DNA of 20,000 nucleotides from an uncultured virus (IMG/VR IMGVR_UViG_3300002231_004964) (taxonomy: Duplodnaviria > Heunggongvirae > Uroviricota > Caudoviricetes): the IMG/VR virus record IMGVR_UViG_3300002231_004964; one strand, given 5' to 3'. Made by a program: the position numbers and the translations under genes. Below the pieces are notes generated by a model. It made no database searches. It had not been told where the DNA came from and saw only the letters and a program-made list of their open reading frames with translations. Each line of letters starts with the position of its first letter. Within the stretch, counting starts at the first letter, position 1. This document shows, in pieces, positions 8,050-17,900 of this stretch.

Positions 8050-10140
8050 TCACTCGTAATCGCGAATGGCCACGCCGACAGGGAATCTAGGCACTCCATC
8101 GTCCGTCAATTCAAAGAATTTGACCGTTAGCATTTTACCAATGTAATCGGAACCATTTTCGAAATACGCTCGACGAACTTCTCGTGTTCCTTCGGGTCGA
8201 ACTCGGAATTCTTGACCTGCNTCGGTTTTAACAATCCAAACNACAGTNCCTTGGTCGTTACCACTGGCTTCATCAAAGCCAATGATTTCATATTCGGCAT
8301 CTTGGAACGTCTTGAACTTTTGCAAATGCTTAGAACGCTTGTTTAAGTCGTAAGTTCCTTGCAAGTTGCGAATCATGACGCCTTCGAAATCTTCGTCTCC
8401 TGTAAATTGTTGATGCAAAGCACCTAAATCGGCAGGACCTCGGAGAGGGAAATTCTCGGTCAAAACAAGATTGCCCATGCGTCGCCCTGTCGCAGACGTA
8501 CTCGAAGGAAATAAAGCCGCCAATTTCGAGTATCGGTCTAAGAAAGTAGCCTTGGGTTCGTCAAGTAAAATGGCATCATACAAACGATAATCAATTTGCT
8601 TCATTTTATCTTCATCGCTGATAATATGAACGGTTTCCGTCATCGGCTTTCCTGTTTCAGGGTCTAAGCGACCATCATTAGTCGGTACTTCTTCATCCCT
8701 CGCAGGTTTCAAAGTCTCTCTTCGAACCAATCCAGTTGCTTCTTGAAATGTTAACGAGTCCGAGTAAACTTCTCCATCAAGCACCATATTCGGTTCAATG
8801 TTCAAAGCCTTGATTTGGTCACGCAAATGCTCGAGATGAGGGAAATCCTTACCTTTTCGAGTCATGAGACGAACGGAGCCATCAGCCTGTGTAATCGCCA
8901 AACAACGGACACCATCAAACTTTCTTTGGGCGACGGCAGGATACTGAATATCATGACTTCGCTTTTCGAAATTGTGAGCCAACATCGGCAAGACGACAAG
9001 ATTATTCAAGGCTTCTTCCTTCGTTAGGAAATAACCTTCATCTTGCTTCTTTTTGAATTTAGAATCGGCTTCGAGTTCTGCTTGTTCAAGAGCCGTTCGA
9101 TTAACCTTTCCTTCGGTAATCAACTTGCCACGACCTTGCGTGATAGCACCATCAACCTTTCCACTAGCCGTAGTGAGGAGATATCCTCCTTCTTCTTGCG
9201 GCAACAGCAAAACTTGCCATTGTTGTAGTGTTCCTGTTGCGGTTTTCTTGTAAATTACGGGGTATTGCTTCACTTGCTTCACTTCCTCTGCTTGGAACGT
9301 AGTCGTTACTTGGTTATAACGGTTTCGCAAACATGTGCGTGTTTCTGTTAATAATTGTTCTAATTCGATAGTCGTCAAACCATACGAAGAATCCCGCTCC
9401 CAGGAAGATTCAATGTCATCGTAGATGCGAGAACGTAAGAAAGAATCTTCAGGGCTATCAAGGCGACAAGCATCTAATTGCAAAGAATTGCTTTTCGCCC
9501 ATAATTCACCCTGTAATTCACCCCGAGGTTCTACCCAATAAACATCACAATCGAAAATATACATCAAATATATATCATACTTTTTAACGAAACCGAAATT
9601 CTCAACTCGTAAATCAGATACGATGACAGGCAACCGCGTCATAACATCACGCCGAAATGGTTGAAAAATAGGGTCAAGATTAGTTTCAGGTCGTTCCCAT
9701 AAAACCGCATCCCATTCCGTAGGTAAGGCAGGGATTTGATAAACTAAGTAATTCCAACGTCGTATATCAGTAGACGTCGAATTTAGTAATTCATCAAGGC
9801 GATTCATCGGTCGAATTGTGGCCATGTCGAAATGACCGCTCATTCGGTTTAGACCCATGAAAAATTCTTCATCATCAATCGCTCCTGTTTCCAAACGAGT
9901 TATCGGAATAAAATTTTGTAACGGGACACTGCGCTGTTGAAATTTAAACGCTTCTTCTAAAAATAACGCCGTGGCTAAATTTCGACAATCCGAAAGCGTA
10001 AAATCACCAGTTTCATGAGCAGGCCAACAAAGTAATTTTAGATAATATTTATCATCCTCGAAAAAGGTAGTGATTTGAGTACTCCCTGTAGTATTGACGA
10101 CATATTTAACATCATTTGTAAACAACTTATCGAGCAACAT
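8050..10140 (-). CDS. Polyprotein C: unknown N-terminal domain (~285 aa), FQAE junction, then a viral-type ATP-dependent DNA ligase
   Basis: Ligase motifs: I QRKFDGVRC, III VLDGEVY, IIIa RLYDAI, IV EGVMIRN, V LQKFKTFQDAE, VI GVPRFPV. The phage-ligase-like N-terminus (YKKTATGTLQQWQV) begins right after TTFQAEE at ~9290. Confidence 0.93.
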   Translation of the reverse strand: MLLDKLFTNDVKYVVNTTGSTQITTFFEDDKYYLKLLCWPAHETGDFTLSDCRNLATALFLEEAFKFQQRSVPLQNFIPITRLETGAIDDEEFFMGLNRMSGHFDMATIRPMNRLDELLNSTSTDIRRWNYLVYQIPALPTEWDAVLWERPETNLDPIFQPFRRDVMTRLPVIVSDLRVENFGFVKKYDIYLMYIFDCDVYWVEPRGELQGELWAKSNSLQLDACRLDSPEDSFLRSRIYDDIESSWERDSSYGLTTIELEQLLTETRTCLRNRYNQVTTTFQAEEVKQVKQYPVIYKKTATGTLQQWQVLLLPQEEGGYLLTTASGKVDGAITQGRGKLITEGKVNRTALEQAELEADSKFKKKQDEGYFLTKEEALNNLVVLPMLAHNFEKRSHDIQYPAVAQRKFDGVRCLAITQADGSVRLMTRKGKDFPHLEHLRDQIKALNIEPNMVLDGEVYSDSLTFQEATGLVRRETLKPARDEEVPTNDGRLDPETGKPMTETVHIISDEDKMKQIDYRLYDAILLDEPKATFLDRYSKLAALFPSSTSATGRRMGNLVLTENFPLRGPADLGALHQQFTGDEDFEGVMIRNLQGTYDLNKRSKHLQKFKTFQDAEYEIIGFDEASGNDQXTXVWIVKTXAGQEFRVRPEGTREVRRAYFENGSDYIGKMLTVKFFELTDDGVPRFPVGVAIRDYE

Positions 10141-10161
10141 ACTTTAACACACCTTTGACAA

Positions 10162-10170
10162 CTATTTAAA
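10162..10170 (-). promoter_or_regulatory. Archaeal TATA-like box TTTAAATAG overlapping the upstream gene's TAA stop
   Basis: Located at -30..-22 relative to ATG 10140. Confidence 0.7.
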
Positions 10171-10733
10171 TTCTTTCATGAGGAAACCAAATCCCAACGC
10201 CGCCTGCTTCGCGCCATTCAGCGATTGTACCCGCGTGGTCATCGAGTAAAACGTCACCTGGTTGACAGTAATCAACCTTTTGCTGTCGAGGTACGACAAT
10301 TACTTCAACATCAAGGCCTAAACGGTCTCGCACCCAAGCCCGTTTATCTTCTATCGAATAATCATTCGTACCTCCAATAGGAGCGGATAAGAATGAAAAT
10401 GGACGTCCACTAGCAATGATTTCGTCTAAAACGTCACGATTTATAACTTCTAAATTGTAAAAGAAATCGGGCTCGGAGGCGATTTTATACAACATACGGT
10501 CGATAACTTTCTTTTTAATAGGGTCATGAGATAATGATAAATCAAAATCCCGTTCAGTAACAGATGTAATTCCTAATTCCTTAGCCTTCCTCGCCGCCCG
10601 ACGCAAACTTTTCGAGGAAATTTCGGATACATCTTGAACATGCAACACATCATTAACTCGTTGAGTGATAGCCCCTGCGAAATCCGCAAAACATCCATCC
10701 ATATCTAAGTAAAGGTGAGGTTCGTCTACGGTT
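10166..10733 (-). other. Domain: HAD-superfamily 5'(3')-deoxyribonucleotidase-like (NT5C-like)
   Basis: LYLDMDGCFADF (motif I DxD), FLSAP (motif II), K, and LLDDHAGTIAEWREAGGVGI (motif IV). Starts after TYIAE. Confidence 0.88.
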
Positions 10734-13700
10734 TCGGCGATGTAAGTCGTTGGCTTCATGATGATTTCGAATTCAGGTTTCTCTAAGAAAAACAAACAAG
10801 AAATTAAGGTAGCAAACCAATCGATGTCTTCGACAGGAACGTCTTTTTCAATGAGGTAATCTTTTTGAGAACGCGCCCCATCCCATTCATATGTCCAAGT
10901 GTAAATTTCGGGATGAAGTGACCAATGTGAACCGTAAGTAAATTGATATTTATTCCGAGAAAGCGTTCGACCAGGAACGGCATCATTACGGACAGATATC
11001 CAACGATAGGCTTTTAAACTGAAATCATTAAATTGACTCGTGATAATTTCATTCAATTGTTTGCTTCCATAGGTAGTCGAAGTTAGTCTAGAATTCATCC
11101 ATTGAATCCAACGTAAAACCGCGTAATAGAAGAAATAATTTATCGTGCCATTAGTTTGGAAATCTTCAATAATTCTCGAAACGACAACGAGTTCTTCATC
11201 ATAATCATCAAAAAATTCATCAAAATCATTAATATATTCCTCAATGAGTATTTCATCTAAACTACCTCCTATAAAATTAGGCTCGGTAATTTTAAAAGCG
11301 ACGGCGCTAAGAGTGTGATAGACCTCAATTGCCTTTTGAAATTCAGTAGTAGATACCTCTCTAAAGCCTGTTTCCCGTTCCTGTTTAGCCCAGTCTACTA
11401 TTTCATACCATTTAACTAAGGCTTTATCCCAAGCATCTCCAACAGTTTTAGAAGTTTCCTCTTCTGCTCGCCGAGACTCTGAGCCCCAATCTACAGTGAT
11501 GTATTTTAAAGGAATCGGTTGTTTAATACAAACCGAGTAAACGGACAGATAACTCGCTTGCCAATCCGCAAGGTCTTGAGGGCTGTAAGGTATGGTTTTC
11601 GTGGCTTGATTTGATTTGACTAAATCTTGGAAATCTGTGATGAACCAATTCCAAGAACCATAGTGCCAACCTTCGCGAACTTCCGCAGGTTGCCAATCAG
11701 CAGGAGCGTAACGACGGTATAAGTCGTCTTCTAAGACAGCCATGCCTAAATCATACATCGTTGTATCGGCTTGTAAATACTGGTCAGCCGTGGCTTGGTC
11801 GGGGAAAGTGATTTCTAAGACAACACCACCTGCCTTGATGTCGGGGTGGTCGTCTTCGATTTCCCCNATGGCTAAATCAATATAGGTGTCAGGCATGTCG
11901 ATATCATATCCATGCGAACTAGTCAAACAACCTGTGCGTAGTTCACCCGAGGCTTGAATGGCTCGCCAATTTCGGACACTCGTGCCGTGATATAAGCGAA
12001 GTGGGTAACTGATATCCTGCTCGGAATCGGCACGGAAATATCGCGAGACGTCGTCTTCCGACCATTCCCATTCTTCTTCAACTTCGATGTATTCGGGTGG
12101 TATCAGTTCGTCCGTAGACCACTCCCAAGACGGTTCAGGTCCGTCAGGCTCGAAAGTCTTCACCACACGACGTTCCTCGAACCATTCCACAGGTAAATCA
12201 ATACGAAGAACGGCATAACCCGATAACCACTCATCGCCGTATCTCTCGTCTGTCATTTCTTCCCAAATGAAACTGTCCTGCATCGACTCTCGTTCGCCAA
12301 ACAAATAAACTCTTGGTTCAAGTTCCATGCCTTCACTTCTTGGTCCAATGCGAGGTTCTAATCCTGTTTCTAAGATATTAGAAATTTGGTCAAGTGGAGT
12401 AACATGATACAGTGAAATCTTAACTTCGTTTTCCGCTAAGAATACGTTTTCATTGACGGCTACTTCCCATTCAGGTTCTCGTCCGTAAGCCATCACGAGT
12501 AGAGTAGTAAACCAGTCTACATCCGTGTATGGAATCTGTTTTTCCATTATGTATGGTTTACCGTAATGACTTGGAAAATCATCCGACCACTCGAAACCAG
12601 GTAATAATGACCAATGCGCTCCATAGGATTCGTAATTGTATTTCAATCGTTGTTCTCTATTCTCCATTCTTCTCGCATCGCCGATTCGCATGGAAAGTGG
12701 GAAAATCGTCATTCGTCGTAATTGCGGAACTTCTCCTTCAGGTAATGAAAAAGCCCTGTAAAGAGTAACTTCCCCAGATGCAAATTGAGGTTTCAATGTA
12801 GTTCGTAAACTTCGTAATCGCCCTAAATACTGCTCGGCTAATTGACTTAAACGATTAATTGTATAAGCGTATCGCAAGCGAATATCTAAATCAGGAGACT
12901 CCTCGAATGGACGAGTGAAATAGTCGCCTTCTTCGTATGTTTCACCACGTTCCTCGTCAGTATAACCATCAGTTTCACCGTCCTCATCCACGAAGATACC
13001 CCGAATCTTCGAAAACGTAAGTAGGGTTGCGTAAATCATCAGGATAAGCATCATAGGCGCTGTCATCTCCAGAAGACCAAAGTAAACTGCCTGGTCGAGT
13101 TAACCTCGCTAAGTGCGATTCTACGTCACGTAATCTTGCACGACCTGCCGCATCATCATGCAAATCGGAAACATCATACAATTCTTTTTGATTGTCACTC
13201 CACCAACTAAACTCTTTAAATAACTACCGTGACCTCGGCAGNCACCTTGTTGAATTCCTGTTCGAAATCGGAAGTGTTGGATTCGGCTGAATATTCCTCG
13301 CTTACTCGTGGTGTAATTGTTAATGTAGCCATCCCGTAGGCTTCATCGGCAGTAGTCGAAGGTATAAAAGCAGGCCACCTAACTAAAATGACAGGTCGGT
13401 CATAATTTAAAACTTCATGGATATAGAATTCATCGTCTTCGGAGGTCGTTTGAAAATACTCTCCTGTGTTGTAAAACGTCACAGAGGCTTCATTAAAATG
13501 AACGAAATCTCTTCGAGGCTTTGTCTCACTCAAAAAGCCTTTAGGGACTCTTTTCGGAAACACATATCGTTCATAAGCATATCGATTACTTGGTAGGTCT
13601 AACAGTAAGTCGAGAGGATTTTCATCGAGAGCGTATTCGTAACCACTCCAACTTTCTTGCCCATCTTCCCAAATGATAATATCTAAATTCACATCAACCC

Positions 13701-13954
13701 TAGTAGCATCTAATTTCTCTAAGGCCTGTGCTAGTTCGACAATAACATGATGAGATTCATGTTCTTGACGACGCAGTTCATCACACTCGCGACACAAGAC
13801 ACCGTAATTACTACCCTTAAACGTAAGTTAAACAAGGCCAACACTGGGCTTGATTGGCAGGATTGTTAAGACTACGAGGTACAGGATAATCTAAATTAGC
13901 CGTCAATCGAAGGTCTGTGGTTTCACCACAACGACTACACTCTAATTCCGTCAT
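10166..13954 (-). CDS. Polyprotein B (~1261 aa after removing 3 apparent single-base insertions): Zn finger, unknown domains, four ART-like domains, HAD 5'(3')-nucleotidase
   Basis: Joins a 45-aa ORF (13954-13817, ATGA-coupled, GAGGTG RBS, CSRC and CWPC), the 193-aa, 65-aa and 966-aa ORFs. The junctions are +1 shifts at ~13825 (AA), 13218-13220 (AAA) and 12999-13002 (CCCC). The repaired reading is continuous (...AEVTVVIKEFSWWSDNQKELYDV..., ...FEDSGIFVDEDGE...) and resembles the N-terminus of the paralogous ART-like domains. Confidence 0.75.
10735..11460 (-). other. Domain: ART-like, R-S-ExE type paralog
   Basis: AYRW...YGSHWS...YLIEKDVPVEDIDWFAT...PEFEI, bounded by SRRAE and TYIAE. Confidence 0.55.
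11465..12025 (-). other. Domain: ART-like, His-type (KptA/Tpt1-like fold)
   Basis: LRLYHGTSVRNWRAIQASG...VVLEITF...QPIPLKYI, bounded by YFRAD and SRRAE. Confidence 0.6.
12030..12430 (-). other. Domain: ART-like, His-type (KptA/Tpt1-like fold)
   Basis: LYHVTPLDQISNILETGLEP...RVYLF...AVLRIDL...ELIPPEYI, bounded by VFLAE and YFRAD. Confidence 0.7.
12435..13280 (-). other. Domain: ART-like, R-S-ExE type paralog
   Basis: LYRA...YGAHWS...YIMEKQIPYTDVDWFTT...PEWEV, bounded by EYSAE and VFLAE. Confidence 0.55.
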
Positions 13955-14925
13955 GCTTCCACCTCTTCACTTAAAAACACGCCACGTTTCGGAATGACTT
14001 CATATTCGGGTGAATCAAGCCATAGGGCGCTTGAAATAAGTGTGGAGTACCAATCTACATCGGCAGCAGGAATGGATTTTTCAATCACATAAGTACGCAC
14101 GTCAATTTTCTCTTCTGTCGGCATTCTCCAAGCCTTTTCGAAGGGAGATAAGGTTACTTCTCGTTCTTTAAGAACGACGTCTTCTTGCGCCAATCTCCAC
14201 ATATCAGTTCGAGTGTAGGCATCGGGTGAAAGAGACCAACACGGACCGTAAGACAAGGCTTCGAGTCCTTTTCGAACTGACACTACAGTCCCTCCTGCCG
14301 TTCCTGTCGATATACGGTCAACNTCACCGTAGCCACCATAGTAATTTACGTCAACAGGACGCATTCGATTACGCAAGCGACGGACAGGTTCGTCGTCTTG
14401 CGAAGTCGCCAACCATCGATTAGATTTTAACTTCCGTTTCATCGCGTTGCGATTCAATGATGTCGGGTAGTTCGGACAGGGGGTCCTGCATAACCACTAG
14501 GGAAGACAAATTGTTTACGTTCTCCGATTCTTTCAAGTAACCCGCCATATAGGGAATTGATTTGCATGACTGCATACCAGTAAAAAGCGTAATTTATCTC
14601 GTTGGAAAGCCAAAAATATCCTGTTCCGTTTCTTTTTTTCCTGCATCAATTTTTTGTTGCCATTCTTCTTCCGCACCTGCAGGCAAAGTGAACATATCAC
14701 TCCACCGATAAATAGGCTCCGTTTCGTACCACCATTCATCCCGCACGATATCGCCTGTAATCCCTGCAGGAATCATGAAACGTTGATAAACTTGCTTCGT
14801 TTTTTCGTAGTCTTCGAGAGTAACCTCGGAAAGGTCTTTGCTTCGTGGTTGAACGGCCTCGACATCTGCTTGAATCTCGGCTAAAGCAGTGTCGAAAGCC
14901 TCGCCGACGGTGAGGTCGATATCTT
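13951..14925 (-). other. Domain: ART-like, R-S-ExE type paralog (frameshifted)
   Basis: TVGEAFDTAL (compare TVGDAWDKAL in polyprotein B), restored IYRW, YGPCWS, YVIEKSIPAADVDWYST, PEYEV. Bounded by GFASE and VFLSE. Confidence 0.55.
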
Positions 14926-17900
14926 CGGATGCAAAACCCGTTTGCGTCGGTTGAGGCTCGACAGGATATATGCCTATCAAGCGTCGATACTCTTCGGGTA
15001 AATCTTTGATGGCTTCAATCAGTTCCGTTTCCGTACCTCGCTCTACGGCTAATAAATTAGGATTAGGGGCTTCGATTTCAAACACGATTTCTTCAGGATA
15101 AACGTATTCTCCAAGTTGGAGATTTCGACCGTATTGAGACGGTGAACGAGTCAAAGGTAACAACTCAATCTTAGCACCCTGTTTCAAACGAATTTCACAC
15201 TCTTCAGGCATGATGAGATTAGCATACCAAGATGACGTCCAATTAATATCTTCAAAATCTACTAATGCTCTAAGGATGAAAGCATCACCACCTCCACTCC
15301 AATGCGCTTCGGCCGCCTGTAAGACAGGAGTCCAATAAATTCCTGCACGAGCCGTGTTTAAATCTTCAGGACGGTTCATGGTGATTTCACGATAAAGTAA
15401 AATTTTGCCATCTCGATACTCGACTTCATGTGCTTTAGACCAAGATACTAAGTAGTTTTCATAACTGCCTTGGCGAGCGAACAACATATGATAGACTCTA
15501 TCTAACATATCATCGGAAATACCTCGAGCGATGGAACGTTCTTCGTCGACCAAGTTAGGATTCGCCGATTTCAATTCTTCGTAGTCCTTTTGAGATAACG
15601 GGGTTTCTAAATCGGGAAACAGGTATTCAAGACGTCCTTCTAATGCGTAAATATAGGTTTCATCTCCCATCATCTCCATGGCTTCCACATCTTCTAGCCA
15701 TTTATTGGAAGACTCATACTCGGTCACTTTAGCAATATATTTCCTCTCGAACTCAGATTTTCCTGCATCATCTTCCTCAGCCGCTCGAATCAATGCTTCG
15801 GGAGTTCCATCAATCGCAAACGACAAATCTAGCGGAACATCAACGAGTTCAATCGGAGCCCCGCNTTTTAGAACGATTTCTTTTTCATCAAAATCTTCTA
15901 AATGACTAAATGCTAAGGCTCGCAAAACTGTTGTGTACCAATCTATGGAGTCGACAGGAACTAAAGCAGTTAAAACATAAGAGTTAAACTCCGATTCATC
16001 TATGTTATCATAAATAAATCCTAAATTACGAGAGTGAATTTTCCTATGGCCAAAGTAACTCATTGCGGCGGCTCGAACAGGGGTCCAAGATTGACCCACT
16101 CCTGTTGGGTCGAAATCTTCGGGATTAACTAAGTCGATTCCTCGATACAATTTAAGTTTCCCTTGAGCATATTGCGAGTTCATCAATAGATTCTCGACAT
16201 ACTGCATGGCATCTTGAACGTAAGTAGAAAGTTCAGCATCACCCACACGAAGATGGGGAACATAATCTAAATCTCGCGCATCCGAAATCATTCGCTCGAA
16301 ATCCAACTTAAAAAAGGGCTCCGCTTGATTCCGATTATGATAAATGCCCCAACCTCCTGCCACGAGAGGCAACTCTCCTGCCAAGAATTTTTCCGACCAC
16401 TCCGCTAGTGCCTTCGAGAACATGGAATAACCATATTGGTCTCTTATGTCTTCATTCATGACTGCTTCTAAAGCAGGAGGTCCATACCATTTTTCTTCGG
16501 CCTTTTTAGTTTTCTGGTTCGTCTTGTCCTCGGGAACAGGGCGACTTTTTCGCATCCACCATACTTTACCATCTTTCGACTTCTTACTGCGTTCGAATGT
16601 GTAAGTTCCCGCATATTTACCCCCAATAAACTCTACTTTTAGTTTTTCATCGGGTTTCCATTCAATGATACGTCTTGTACCATGCGTTTCTAAAGAAACA
16701 GGTCCTGCACCGTAACTGTCCTTCGGAATTTCGCCTTCGAACCACCAGTAATCGAAAGGGTGGTCTTCGGTACGAATAACACTCACACCCTCGCCGATTT
16801 TCTTCGGCAAACGACTCTTTCCAAATCCTCTTCCAACAGGAACAAAAGACAAAAGTTTACCGTCTAATCCGATACGTATGTCTCTATGTGAGCCTCTCAT
16901 CGTAGCACGGTGCTTTTGCACAGAATACACATCCGAACCCTTGACTTTCATCGGAGGCTTTCGTCGAGAGGGCTTTAAATCCGTACCTCCTTCGACACCA
17001 GGTTCGGGAGTCGGCTTTTGACGCTTCTTCTTGTATTCAGTTTCAGCCGCCATTCCGATTCGCTTAAGTCCGTACTGTCCTGTGTAATCACGATTTAGTG
17101 AGAGTAGGTATCCGCCGTCTCCATCATCAGTTTCAAGCATAATTGTGCCCTGATATTCATCAACGTGGTCAACGTGTGGTGGATAATAAACTTGTCCGAA
17201 TTCTGTCGTTTCTAAATCAGATTTTGAAAAGTCATACCAATTTCCGACTTCTTCATCAGATTCATGAATAATTCCTTGACCAATCATGTAAGAAGCAGCG
17301 ACCTCGGGCACGTCCGAGACCCAAATCACGGCACTAGTCGGCTTAAGTTTGTATTTAGATTCCAAGGCTTTCATGTCTTCATACGGGTAATTGTCCCGTT
17401 CTCCCCTCAAATCAGTGCCGAGAGTTTCTGTGTCTAAAAACAATTGCCATGGATGCACATTACCTGAACTGTACCACGTTTTACTTGATTCAGCCCCCTT
17501 TCCAAGCGTCCAATTATCTAAGGCGGCCGAAACATCTTGACCCGAAAACAAATTGCTACGAGATTCTCGGATTTCGTCCCACGTCGAGGTTGTCCAATTC
17601 ACCGTCAAGTGGGCGGAAAGTAAGGGCCCTAATTCTACAAAACCACTTTCCGCTAAAATATCTTGAATAACGGGTCCTTCGACCCATCGTTCTTTCGCCC
17701 CTGTTCCGTAAGCATCATATGATTCTCCGTCGACGGTAACGACAACATGACCACCAATGAAGTCTTTACTCTCATAGTCTTCGAATGGATGAATATAGGC
17801 TAAGCCGATTTCATACACGGCGTCAGTATGACCTGCCTGTTGCAAAGCCTTCATTAATTGGTCGGCCAAAATACCACAATCTCCCCAGATGCATCGTTCC

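Noticed and set aside
13003..13066. Apparent signal peptide MTAPMMLILMIYATLLTF at the start of the 966-aa ORF
   Set aside because: It is probably an out-of-frame reading upstream of the CCCC frameshift. The acidic 65-aa frame fits the ART-like domain better.
14533..14884. 68-aa and 76-aa short ORFs
   Set aside because: They are alternative frames over the frameshifted end of polyprotein A. A third frame carries the paralog-matching sequence.
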